Shown here in pieces: positions 25,406-34,507 of a stretch of 57,244 bases of DNA. Position 1 is the first letter of the stretch. The number at the start of each line of letters is the position of its first letter. The DNA comes from a candidate division WOR-3 bacterium (GTDB lineage Bacteria; Hydrothermota; Tepidihabitantia; Tepidihabitantales; Tepidihabitantaceae). The position numbers and the translations under genes were made by a program. A model generated the notes under the pieces. The model was not told the origin of the DNA. It worked only from the letters and a program-made list of their open reading frames with translations, and searched no databases. The stretch spans positions 1 to 57,244 of the forward strand of contig JBDRUH010000003.1 in the NCBI GenBank assembly GCA_039801225.1, written 5' to 3'.

Positions 25406-27209
25406 TTGGCTGTAGACTGAAATAGGCACGGATGAGTTCACCAACGATGGGCGCTGCAACCGCACCACCGTGCCCGGCATTTTCTACTACTACGGCAAAT
25501 ACCACCTCCGGAGAATCAGCCGGGGCATAACCAACAAACCAGGAATGGTCCGGTCGGGGCGGGTTTTGGGCGGTTCCGGTCTTGCCGGCAATGGTAATTT
25601 CCTTTCGGTAGGCACCTCTGCCGGTGCCATACTCAACAACCCGGGTAAGCGCCTTCTTTACCTCCTGAACATCTAAATCATTTAAAGCGGTATTATATAC
25701 CCTGGGCTGACGCTGGAAAACTGTTTTACCAAGAGAGTCAATCCGAGTTACAAGATAAGGTGTCGCATACCAGCCGCCGTTGGCTAAAATCGCATAAATA
25801 ACCGCAAGTTGCAGTGGGGTAACAAGGATTTCACCCTGACCAATGGCAAAATTGAGCATCACTCCCCGGGTCCACTTTCCCTTACCATAGCGTCGGTCAA
25901 GAAACTCCTTTGAAGGTATATTACCGGGGTTCTCGCCCGGAATATCAATTCCGGTTGGCTTCCCCAAACCCAGTTGCCGGCAGAAAAGAGCCAAACTGTC
26001 TAAGTTCAACCGCATTCCCAACTGATAAAAGTAGGTGTTGCAAGACTGCTCAATTGCGCCTAAAAGGTTAAGTTTTCCATGAACGCTCCAGCATTTGTAT
26101 GTGCGGTTGCCATAGCGGAGTGAACCGGTGCAAGGATTAAGAGTCGTTTGAGAGGTTACCATCCCTTCCTTTAGCGCCGCCAAGGCGACAATCGGTTTAA
26201 ATGTGCTTCCTGGCGGATAACTGGATGAAATAGCCCGGTTGAAGAACGGTTTAGAGGGGCTCTTAACCAGCGAGTCCCAAATGTTAGGGTCCAAAGGTGC
26301 AAGGAAAATATTAGGGTCAAAATCGGGACGGGAAAAAAGGCAGAGAACCTCGCCAGTTTTTATTAGAATTCCCACTACTGCAGCACGCTCATAATTTTTG
26401 GTTAGTTCTGAAGCGAGTTCTTGAAGACGGTGGTCAATGGAAAGGTAGATATCACAGCCATTGATAGGAAGTTCTGGTCTTTTTTCCGTTATCGGTCCTA
26501 TTTCTCTACCCCGAACATCAACCTCAACAAATTGATAACCATTTTTCCCCCGGAGATATTTTTCATAACTCGCCTCAATTCCATTTCTTCCGATAAGATC
26601 CAAAGGGCGATAGGAACTGTCTCGGGCAAGTTCTTGCTCGTTAACCTCGCCGAGATGTCCAATCAAATGAGCATATAATCTACCATAAATATAATTCCGC
26701 ACCGGGTCTATCCGCACTAAAACACCCGGAAGTCGGAAGTTATTTTCCTCAATCCGGGCAACCGTGATAAAGCCAACATTTCGGCAGATATCCACCGGCG
26801 CTGGAAAAAGAGCAAGTGGCTTTAGACGATTTTTAAGGAGCTCAACGGGTTGATGAATTAAAGATGCCAATAATGAAAGCACACTATCGTTGGTTTCGGT
26901 GGGAATTACCGCAATGGTAAAAGAGGGACGGGTGTCGGCAAGAAGGATGCCGTTGCGGTCAAATATTCTACCTCGGGAGGCGGGTAATAGAATTTTACGA
27001 ATCCGATTGCTTTCACTTAATCGCGCATAACGGGCGCCACGAATGACCTGTAATTGAACCAGACGCAAACTTAGAATGCCGAAAAGAATCAAAACAATCA
27101 GGCTGATTGCCTTGCTCTGCCTGCCCCGAGCGAACAGACCCGAATCGGGCGCTTCGGTCGGAATGACGGAGCCGAGGGGCTGGGTCAGACGTCTCAAGCG
27201 CATCTTCAT
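25395..27209 (-). CDS. mrdA: penicillin-binding protein 2 (elongasome transpeptidase)
   Basis: The dimerisation domain is followed by transpeptidase motifs STFKP, SCN and KTGTA. An AGAGGA RBS lies 5 nt upstream of the ATG at 27209. The first ~30 codons are built from repeat modules. Confidence 0.9.
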   Translation of the reverse strand: MKMRLRRLTQPLGSVIPTEAPDSGLFARGRQSKAISLIVLILFGILSLRLVQLQVIRGARYARLSESNRIRKILLPASRGRIFDRNGILLADTRPSFTIAVIPTETNDSVLSLLASLIHQPVELLKNRLKPLALFPAPVDICRNVGFITVARIEENNFRLPGVLVRIDPVRNYIYGRLYAHLIGHLGEVNEQELARDSSYRPLDLIGRNGIEASYEKYLRGKNGYQFVEVDVRGREIGPITEKRPELPINGCDIYLSIDHRLQELASELTKNYERAAVVGILIKTGEVLCLFSRPDFDPNIFLAPLDPNIWDSLVKSPSKPFFNRAISSSYPPGSTFKPIVALAALKEGMVTSQTTLNPCTGSLRYGNRTYKCWSVHGKLNLLGAIEQSCNTYFYQLGMRLNLDSLALFCRQLGLGKPTGIDIPGENPGNIPSKEFLDRRYGKGKWTRGVMLNFAIGQGEILVTPLQLAVIYAILANGGWYATPYLVTRIDSLGKTVFQRQPRVYNTALNDLDVQEVKKALTRVVEYGTGRGAYRKEITIAGKTGTAQNPPRPDHSWFVGYAPADSPEVVFAVVVENAGHGGAVAAPIVGELIRAYFSLQPNEN

Positions 27210-27220
27210 TTGTCCTCTGT

Positions 27221-27700
27221 CTACCCTCGGTTGCCGGCTCTCGGCTGTCGTCCGTTGGCGGTATAGAACAACCGCCGGATTAGTGGCTCAGCAAAAGGCG
27301 ATAGGAGCAATGTCAAACCAGTAGAAATCAGCAGTCGGCTGTCGGCTATCAGCTGTCGACCGGATATAGCACCAGCGACAGTTTGAAATGCCAGATTAAG
27401 ACCAATTGCAACAATAGTAAAAAGGGTAACATTCCAGAAGTTCCGATAAAACAGGTTGTGCAACTTAGCGACGCCATAGCCAATTAAAGATAAGGTAAAC
27501 GCATAGATACCAAAGGTGGTGGGCGAAGTGAAATCAAGGCAGATTCCGGCAAAGGTGCCTAATAATGTGGCGATGATTTGACCTTCATAAAGAGCAAAGA
27601 CGATAACCGCTAAAAGCAGCAGGTGCGGCCCTACAGGTAAAAAAACCGTCTGGATGATAAACAAAAGATACAAAAAGAAAAAGGCAAAAGGTGTTCGCAA
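27221..27700 (-). CDS. mreD: rod shape-determining protein MreD
   Basis: 159-aa polytopic membrane protein located between mreC and mrdA. The call is positional plus hydrophobicity. Confidence 0.7.
   Translation of the reverse strand: MRTPFAFFFLYLLFIIQTVFLPVGPHLLLLAVIVFALYEGQIIATLLGTFAGICLDFTSPTTFGIYAFTLSLIGYGVAKLHNLFYRNFWNVTLFTIVAIGLNLAFQTVAGAISGRQLIADSRLLISTGLTLLLSPFAEPLIRRLFYTANGRQPRAGNRG
27336..27356 (+). repeat. heptanucleotide array (CGGCTGT CGGCTAT CAGCTGT) inside mreD
   Basis: On the minus strand it is read as part of ...GRQLIADSRLL... A second array at 27235-27255 (CGGCTCT CGGCTGT CGTCCGT) encodes the MreD C-terminus. Confidence 0.8.
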
Positions 27701-27703
27701 CTT

Positions 27704-28519
27704 CTAAACGCCTTCAGGGATGGGTAATTTCTGGGGAATAACTGGGAATGGGTCAAGCGGCGGAAGAAGAAACAACTGCTCTACCCGAGTGACATCAACA
27801 AAAGGTTGAGCAAACACCCGTTTAAAAAGTGTCCCTGGCTCATCCCGAATTTCCGTTACCACCCCTACTTTGAGATTTTTAGGGAAAACTCTTCCTAACC
27901 CTGAAGTAAGAATGGTATCACCAACGAGGAAGTCAGCCTCCTTTTTGGCATAGTCTAAAAGAAGCAGCCCATTAGGAGCGGGATGGACAATCGCCAGTTC
28001 ACGAGAGCGGCTATTTGTTACCGCTATCCGGAAGGAAGGTTCAAGAACACTCTGAATAAGCGCCTGATGCTCTCTAACCGCAATTACCCTGCCCACAATA
28101 CCATGAGGGGTCAGGGCAACCGCACCAGTGGTAACAACCTCATCGCCCTCCCAGCTCACCACCAAAAATCGCTGGAGAGTGGTAAAGTCTCGGGCAATTA
28201 CCTCTGCCCGGACAAAAGAAGTGGTATCTTGTTCAAGAGAAAGGGGGGAGGCAAATTTTTGTAAGAGTGTCCGCAGACGGGCATTTTCTAATGCCAACTC
28301 ATTAGCAAGTTTTAACAGACGACGATTTTCCGCATTTTTTTCGGAAAGGGTTAACCTAACTTTAACAATAACCTGGGAAGGAAAAAGAATAACAGTTGAT
28401 AAGGGTTGAATAATTGGCAACTTGGTCCTTACGGGTAACAGAGCAACAACCAGCATCAATAAAATTACCGCCCAAGATAGCCGCTCTCGCCAATTATTAC
28501 CCAATTTACTCGCCATCAT
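27704..28519 (-). CDS. mreC: rod shape-determining protein MreC
   Basis: It has an N-terminal TM and a coiled coil (ENRRLLKLANELALENARL), then beta-barrel domains (GDTILTSGLGRVFPKNLKVG). It lies downstream of mreB. Confidence 0.8.
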   Translation of the reverse strand: MMASKLGNNWRERLSWAVILLMLVVALLPVRTKLPIIQPLSTVILFPSQVIVKVRLTLSEKNAENRRLLKLANELALENARLRTLLQKFASPLSLEQDTTSFVRAEVIARDFTTLQRFLVVSWEGDEVVTTGAVALTPHGIVGRVIAVREHQALIQSVLEPSFRIAVTNSRSRELAIVHPAPNGLLLLDYAKKEADFLVGDTILTSGLGRVFPKNLKVGVVTEIRDEPGTLFKRVFAQPFVDVTRVEQLFLLPPLDPFPVIPQKLPIPEGV

Positions 28520-28675
28520 CGGCAGTCTTAAATTTGTGTTACTTCATAGTAATACATAGTGTGTTTCACCTATCTTTCGTCCCGAGATGTAGGGCAAACC
28601 TTTAGGTTTGCTTCTCTTTAGAAACTTATAGTGTCGTTTAACCAAAAACTAAGAACCAAAAATGAGACCTAAGAC

Positions 28676-29719
28676 TCATTTGGTGCGTAAAATTAGTTTC
28701 TGATGCAAACCAATGTTCTCAAGAACTCTTCCCGCCCCTCGGACAACACTTTCAATCGGATTTTCTGCCAGATACACTGGCAGATTGGTCTCCTCTTTAA
28801 CCAAAAGGTCAAGCCCGCGCAGTAAGGAGCCACCACCGCACATATAAATTCCTCGGTCAACAATGTCAGCGGCCAGTTCGGGTGGCGTCTTTTCTAAGGC
28901 GAGGCGAATCGCATCAACAATCAGCGATATTGGCTCCTCTAACGCCTCACGAACTTTGGTGGAGGTTATCTTTATTGTTTTGGGGATTCCGGAGACCAGG
29001 TCTCTTCCTTTCACCTCCATTGTCTCCTCAGCCCCAGTAGCATAAGCAGAACCAATGGCAATCTTAATATTTTCTGCGGTTTGTTCACCAATAATGAGAT
29101 TGTAGTTCTTTTTCACATAGTTGATAATCGCCTCATCCATTTCATCTCCGCCCACCCGGATGGAATTAACATTTACCACTCCGGAAAGCGCCACCACCGC
29201 AATTTCGGTTGTCCCGCCGCCGATGTCAATTATCATATTTCCAGTCGGTGCCTCAACCGGCAAACCTACGCCAATTGCGGCAGCAACCGGTTCGGATATA
29301 AGATAAATCTCCCGGGCACCAGATGCCTCAACCGAATCCCGCACCGCCCTTTTTTCCACCTCAGTAATCCCGGAAGGCACACAGACAATAACTCGCGGAC
29401 GCACAAAAAGTTTCTTCCGCTGAACCATATTGATAAAGGTCCTGAGCATTATCTCCACCATCCCAAAATCGGCAATTACCCCATCCTTCATCGGACGCAC
29501 CGCCCGAATCCCCTCTGGAGTTCTACCTAACATCCGCTTTGCCTCAGTGCCCACCGCCACCACCTCGTGGTTTACATCATCCACCGCCACGATTGAAGGC
29601 TCCCGCAGTTCAATCCCTTTACCTTTTACATAAATCAAGGTAGAAGAGGTGCCCAGGTCTATGGCAATGTAGTTATTAAAACGCTCGGTAATACCCCGAA
29701 AAAAAGAACCAATTGTCAC
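28676..29719 (-). CDS. mreB: rod shape-determining protein MreB (actin homologue)
   Basis: MreB motifs are IAIDLGTSSTLIY, DIGGGTTEIAV and GIYMCGGGSLLRGLD. Confidence 0.95.
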   Translation of the reverse strand: MTIGSFFRGITERFNNYIAIDLGTSSTLIYVKGKGIELREPSIVAVDDVNHEVVAVGTEAKRMLGRTPEGIRAVRPMKDGVIADFGMVEIMLRTFINMVQRKKLFVRPRVIVCVPSGITEVEKRAVRDSVEASGAREIYLISEPVAAAIGVGLPVEAPTGNMIIDIGGGTTEIAVVALSGVVNVNSIRVGGDEMDEAIINYVKKNYNLIIGEQTAENIKIAIGSAYATGAEETMEVKGRDLVSGIPKTIKITSTKVREALEEPISLIVDAIRLALEKTPPELAADIVDRGIYMCGGGSLLRGLDLLVKEETNLPVYLAENPIESVVRGAGRVLENIGLHQKLILRTK

Positions 29720-29801
29720 AGAAAAAGCCTAATCCAAACTATGGATTAAGTCAAGAATCGGCTATATCAGCTCCTACTAACCGTAAATGCAACCCGATGT
29801 T

Positions 29802-30620
29802 CTATTTGGTCCCGATTTTCAGCGTCTCTTTCAATCGGGATTGTGCGCGGTAAAATTTTCGCTGACAAGATTCACTTTTCCGCAGATACCCGGTTGCCAC
29901 ATTTCCCTTTATCTCAAAGTCTGCCTCATTCCCATCCCTCAGCGAATTTACCGCCTTTTCCCAGGCATCAAAAAAAGCCTCCTGGTTTACCATTACTTCA
30001 GTAACGAAATTCCAATACTCCCGCGCTACCGCATAAATACCATTTACCCGTAAACCAACCCATCCCGGACTTCTGCTCATACCTCTCAATTTTTCCATCT
30101 CTCTCCGAACAACCTCCACCATAGTTTTTGCGCTCTCACTAACTAAACGCGCTACCTTTATACCTTCAAGCATCTCATCAATTTTGCTTTTGTTTGTTTC
30201 CCCCAAATAGACCAGCGCCGACGCCCTTCGCCATTGAGCAAAGGCAATATTGACACTTGAGTCAATTAACCGTCCGCTTAACAGCGCCTGGGTGAAAATC
30301 TCATTTTCAACATTTTCATTCATTTCTGGGGAAGTGGTGGACTTTTGCTGAGACGGAACAGGAGTCTCGGTCACCGGTCTTTTTTCCAATGTTTGAGTTA
30401 AATTTTGTCTTTTATACTGAGACCACCTTGGTGGAAAAATAATCAACCACACCAAAGATCCAGCAAGTAATAGAAAAGTTATCCAGAGCGTTATCCTTCG
30501 GAAACGGGCAAGTCTAACGAGTCTCTTTTGGTCCGGCTTAAATTCCAACTTTACGGGCGGCTCATTTCCTGAAGAACCGCTTTGATTCTCCTGTGAACGA
30601 ATACCGTTATCTTGAGTCAT
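29802..30620 (-). CDS. hypothetical bitopic membrane protein upstream of mreB
   Basis: 272-aa product. It has a polar N-terminus, one TM (ITLWITFLLLAGSLVWLIIF), a Pro/Thr/Ser linker and a helical C-terminal domain. I recognise no family. Confidence 0.5.
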   Translation of the reverse strand: MTQDNGIRSQENQSGSSGNEPPVKLEFKPDQKRLVRLARFRRITLWITFLLLAGSLVWLIIFPPRWSQYKRQNLTQTLEKRPVTETPVPSQQKSTTSPEMNENVENEIFTQALLSGRLIDSSVNIAFAQWRRASALVYLGETNKSKIDEMLEGIKVARLVSESAKTMVEVVRREMEKLRGMSRSPGWVGLRVNGIYAVAREYWNFVTEVMVNQEAFFDAWEKAVNSLRDGNEADFEIKGNVATGYLRKSESCQRKFYRAQSRLKETLKIGTK

Positions 30621-31239
30621 TTGCCAATAAGCAAAGAATATTCTTGATCGGGTATTTTGTCAACAGCCTTATCACCATCTTGTGGATCCCCAAGGAAAAT
30701 GTCGTATTGACACTTTCTAAAACGTAAAACCTACCCTATCTTAATATATGGTGAAAGCAGGAAAGGCATATTCAACACGCTTGCCGATATTAAAAAACTT
30801 TGTCTGGAAGAGTGAACCTGAATTCAAACCAAGTTCAGATTTTTCTCTTATTCTAATATTAAAACTTCATCTGGTTTCTAAACTATATGCAACTTATCTT
30901 TTTACCGTTCTTGTTAAAAAAGATTTTAGGACCCTTTTCAGCCTTCTTTTAAGTTCTGAACTTAGAGTTGAATGAAAAGCCACTCCTGAAAACCTATTTA
31001 GACATCTTCTCTCAGCCATCCCTCCATTTATTTTTCCTATTGAACCTAAACAAGATTTTAACATCAAACTTAGCAACAAGCCTAAAACCTGTTCAACAAA
31101 CGATTTTACCACCTAAGCGGTAGGGGGAACAGCCCCAAGAAAAATCTGTCTTCAAATTAAGTTACTTAATTACGATACTTAACTCAAATTTAGCCATCAG
31201 AATTTTGTGTATATATAACTCCACTTAGCCTTAAACCAC

Positions 31240-31500
31240 CTCTCCCTTGCCTGCTCCTTGCTCCGTGTTTCCTCGCTCCGTTCGGAACAAAGCATTGCAC
31301 AGAATCGTGCCCGTTTCCGGGCGAGCCCCCGGCTCCGTCATTCCGAGCTTGTCGAGGAATCCCTTTCGGCTACGCTTTTCAAATCGGGTCTGTTCGGCTC
31401 GGTGTAGGCTCCACGAAGCAATCTCCTCCGCCCTCTGCCATTGTGAGCCCCGAAGGGGCGTAGTAATCTCAGTTTTTTTCAACATAAACATAAGTGATGA
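31240..31500. repeat. modular GC-rich repeat island 2
   Basis: It contains GGCTCCGTCATTCCGAGCTTGTCGAGGAATCCC, CTCCACGAAGCAATCTCC and CCATTGTGAGCCCCGAAGGGGCGTAGTAATCTC (hairpin GCCCC-GAA-GGGGC). Open frames on both strands are artefacts. Confidence 0.8.
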
Positions 31501-31620
31501 GGGCAAGGGTTTAGCCAACAACAAAATATGTTAGGAACAATTCCTGAATTGCCCCTACTCAGACAGGGTGACCTACTTGCATAAAAATCAAAATCTGACA
31601 AATTTATTTGACTTATACAG

Positions 31621-31648
31621 TTGACCTGTCTATCAGGAATATTATACT
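31621..31648 (+). promoter_or_regulatory. sigma70-type promoter for hicBA
   Basis: TTGACC (31621-31626), a 16-nt spacer, then TATACT (31643-31648). It lies 17 nt upstream of the hicB ATG. A short inverted repeat CCTG-N5-CAGG lies in the spacer. Confidence 0.5.
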
Positions 31649-31664
31649 AAGATTGGAGATTTTT

Positions 31665-31877
31665 ATGAAATACCGAGTGATTATTGAGCAGGATGAAGAT
31701 GGCATCTTTGTCGCTCAGTGCCCGACCTTGCCCGGTTGTGTGTCGCAAGGCAAGACGCGGGAGCAGGCACTGGCAAACATTAAGGATGCGATTCAGGGGT
31801 ATCTCGCCAGTCTTGTCAAACATAACGAGCCCGTTCCACCACCGATTAGCGAAGAAGTGATTGAGGTAGCGGTCTGA
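31665..31877 (+). CDS. hicB: HicB-family antitoxin (UPF0150)
   Basis: The product MKYRVIIEQDEDGIFVAQCPTLPGCVSQGKTREQALANIKDAIQGYL is the classic HicB N-terminal fold. GGAG lies 6 nt upstream of the ATG at 31665. The track start at 31608 lies inside the predicted promoter. Confidence 0.8.
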   Translation: MKYRVIIEQDEDGIFVAQCPTLPGCVSQGKTREQALANIKDAIQGYLASLVKHNEPVPPPISEEVIEVAV

Positions 31878-32098
31878 GTAAACTGCCGGTTGTATCGGGT
31901 CGGGATGCAGTCAAGGCATTCCGAAAACTGGGCTATGAGGTTGACCATCAGACCGGTAGCCACATCATTTTGAGACAGGTGAATCCGCCATATCGCCGTC
32001 TGTCCATTCCTGACCATGAAGAACCCGCTAAAGGCACGCTCCGGGCACTCATTCGCGAGTCCGGACTGACTGTCAATCAGTTCCTTGCCCTACTTTAG
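31874..32098 (+). CDS. hicA: HicA-family mRNA interferase toxin (YcfA-like), non-canonical start
   Basis: This ORF is not in the track. Its frame translates to LSKLPVVSGRDAVKAFRKLGYEVDHQTGSHIILRQ...GTLRALIRESGLTVNQFLALL, a full-length HicA with the GSH motif. It overlaps the hicB stop as CTGA. There is no in-frame ATG, GTG or TTG before the GSH motif. Confidence 0.7.
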   Translation: MSKLPVVSGRDAVKAFRKLGYEVDHQTGSHIILRQVNPPYRRLSIPDHEEPAKGTLRALIRESGLTVNQFLALL

Positions 32099-32281
32099 TT
32101 TGTACGCGGTGATTGATTGGATGTTGCAGTCAAACTAATCGCTCTGCCCGGTGAAGAGGCGCTGGTGGTTAAGACGGTTTAGTCAATCTTTAGTTCGCAG
32201 CCATACCAATTTTCCGATTCGCCGGGAGAGAATTCCCGGGTGCCTTAATTTGCCTTGGGTGATAAAGCGGTTACAATATAA

Positions 32282-34183
32282 TTGGTGATTAATGAATTTC
32301 CCCAGAACTCCAGACGCTCGCCAATGAAGCAATTGCTAACGGGGATGATAAAATTTTTTACCAGGAGTTTTCACTGGCTCGGTATCGGCGCAATTTTGTG
32401 GCTGGTTCTACGGTCGGCGACCAAGCCGAGCCGAATCCGCTACCCTTGCCAGCAGGCCGCAGCCGGAACCAGCGCCTTCTGGTTGAGCGCATTTGTCCTT
32501 CCCGGCATCCGGCGGGGTCTGAGAGCAATTGGGTTGAAGTTTCCTGAAATCCAATTGAACCGTCTGGTTCGAGGTCTACTTCTAATTGGAACACTTTCTG
32601 GCACCACCTTGTTTCTTTTTACCCGGCTCATTGTTCAGAATTCACCTATCGTCCGACCAGTTCAACCAGACAGATATTTTAGCCTGCCGGTCTGGGTTTC
32701 TGACCATCCTCAAGCGTCCCACATATTCGTAATTGACAGTTTCCCGATCCCCGATAGCAACGCCATTTATCACGAGGGTCTGGACTCGCTATTTTCGCTT
32801 TTGGCTCAGAACGGCATCTACCTCTATCGCTCCACTAAGCCCTTGCCCTGGTGCGACACCACAGGCATCATCGCTAAAAATGATGTGGTGCTCATTAAAG
32901 TGAATGCCGAATGGCCGGCTCGGGGGATGACCAACACCGACCTAATAAAAGGTCTAATTGCCCGCATCGTCGCCCATCCCGACACCTTCACCGGTGAGGT
33001 TCAACTGGTTGAGAACGGTCAGTGGCAGCACTCCTGGCAGTATTCACAGAATAATGCGGAAAGGCGGTCTCAGACGATGCAGAGCGTGGTTGACCTTTTT
33101 GCCGGTCAAGGCTATTGTGTGGGCGCATACAACTGGACCGCAATCGGTTATTACGGCAACAACCGCTGGGTAAATGAGTTCGCTCAAGGCGATACCGTTT
33201 CTGGCTATATCCGTGAGGACTCAACCGGAATGACCTATCCTAAGTTCGTGACCTCTTATGGCACCTGCATCTCCACCCGGCTCGGCATCTGGAATGGCAC
33301 CGATTACGAGCCGGAGCGTTTGAAGTTCATCAATATGCCGGTACTCAAATCCCACAACGGTATGGGCGTTACCGCATCGGTTAAACACTACATTGGGTTT
33401 CTCTCCTATGCCGCGATTGGCAGTGGCGTTATGCACCAGCAGGTAATGACACAAGGTCTTCTGGGCGTTGAGTTTGGTAAAGCCCGTTTTCCGGACCTGA
33501 ACATTATTGACGCCACCTGGGTAAGCGCCGAAATTACCACCGGTCCGGATGCCCCTTATAATATGTGCACCCGGCTCAACACCCTAATTGCCTCACAAGA
33601 CCCGATTGCCGCTGACTATTATGCGGGTAAATATGTGCTCCGACCGGTAAGTTGGTGGAATGGACACCCCTGGCTGCATAACTACGACCGGATGGACCCG
33701 GACAATCTGAACAACGAGAACCCGGGCAACGGTCACCCCTATTCCGACTCAACACCCTGCCACGGCTTTCCCTATAACGCATTTCACCAGATGCTTGTTT
33801 CCAGTCGTGACGAGATGCTCCGCTATGGACGGCAGGTTACTATGGACACCACCGAAATGACCGTGCATCTGTTTCGCTTTCCCCAAGTAGGGATTGAGGA
33901 ACGGCAGAGCAAAACAAGAAGAACCATCGGACAGTTTTCGGTTGCTCTGAACCCGACCAAAGGCACAATCAGAATTACCTATGAACTTGCCAGACCCGGT
34001 CCGGTTCGGTTACGGCTGCTCTCTGATGATGGTCGGCTGGTTGCAACACTCTCACCGGGAAGGGTATCAGCCGGTAAGCACAGCTTGGAGTGGAATCAAG
34101 AGATTGCACCCGGCACATATTTTCTAAACTTGGAATCAGGAGAAGGCATTAGGTCGCAAAAAATTGTTATTGCCAGCCACTAA
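32282..34183 (+). CDS. DUF362 domain protein with T9SS-type C-terminal sorting domain
   Basis: The DUF362-like core is visible (VVLIKVNAEWPARGMTNTDLIKGLIARI, MPVLKSHNGMGVTASVKHYIGF, LNIIDATW). The C-terminal ~80 aa resemble a T9SS CTD (FSVALNPTKGTIRITYEL...GTYFLNLESGEGIRSQKIVI). The start codon is uncertain: TTG at 32282 or ATG at 32324. Confidence 0.65.
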   Translation: MVINEFPQNSRRSPMKQLLTGMIKFFTRSFHWLGIGAILWLVLRSATKPSRIRYPCQQAAAGTSAFWLSAFVLPGIRRGLRAIGLKFPEIQLNRLVRGLLLIGTLSGTTLFLFTRLIVQNSPIVRPVQPDRYFSLPVWVSDHPQASHIFVIDSFPIPDSNAIYHEGLDSLFSLLAQNGIYLYRSTKPLPWCDTTGIIAKNDVVLIKVNAEWPARGMTNTDLIKGLIARIVAHPDTFTGEVQLVENGQWQHSWQYSQNNAERRSQTMQSVVDLFAGQGYCVGAYNWTAIGYYGNNRWVNEFAQGDTVSGYIREDSTGMTYPKFVTSYGTCISTRLGIWNGTDYEPERLKFINMPVLKSHNGMGVTASVKHYIGFLSYAAIGSGVMHQQVMTQGLLGVEFGKARFPDLNIIDATWVSAEITTGPDAPYNMCTRLNTLIASQDPIAADYYAGKYVLRPVSWWNGHPWLHNYDRMDPDNLNNENPGNGHPYSDSTPCHGFPYNAFHQMLVSSRDEMLRYGRQVTMDTTEMTVHLFRFPQVGIEERQSKTRRTIGQFSVALNPTKGTIRITYELARPGPVRLRLLSDDGRLVATLSPGRVSAGKHSLEWNQEIAPGTYFLNLESGEGIRSQKIVIASH

Positions 34184-34426
34184 TTCCACTTTAAGATTAT
34201 CAACTTTGCCCCGCTGTACATATTACAGTCAAAATTTACAACTGTCAGCGCGTGCTATTTTGGCACCAAGATATGTAATTGCATTCAAAAACAGTGCAGA
34301 GAACTAAAAAATCAAACCTAGCCAAGCCAAAATTAGCCGTGTTGGCAGGATGTGGTCTTTGGTTCTCCATAATAAACCAAAAACTAAAACCACTAAACGG
34401 TAACATATTTTGACGATATCGTATTA

Positions 34427-34454
34427 TTGACAGGCAGATTGAAAGGTATATAAT
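34427..34454 (+). promoter_or_regulatory. sigma70-type promoter for the rpsM-rpsK-rpsD-rpoA-rplQ(-panD) operon
   Basis: TTGACA (34427-34432), a 16-nt spacer, then TATAAT (34449-34454). It lies ~55 nt upstream of the rpsM start. Confidence 0.55.
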
Positions 34455-34507
34455 TATTAATGTTCAGACTAAAGTTTTGAAAAGAAATTAATTTATCAGG
34501 AGGATAA

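Noticed and set aside
28594-28611. Hairpin GCAAACCT-TT-AGGTTTGC between mreB and mreC as an intrinsic terminator or attenuator
   Set aside because: On the transcribed (minus) strand it is not followed by a U-tract. The T-rich run is on the non-transcribed side.
30748-31112. ORFs 30748-30975 (+) and 30894-31112 (-) in the AT-rich stretch
   Set aside because: Both give low-complexity translations, lack an RBS and overlap each other. Nothing recognisable as a transposase or toxin remnant is present.
31231-31534. Mutually overlapping 97-aa (-) and 95-aa (+) ORFs
   Set aside because: Both lie wholly within GC-rich repeat island 2. Stop-free frames on both strands are a property of the repeat modules, not evidence of coding.
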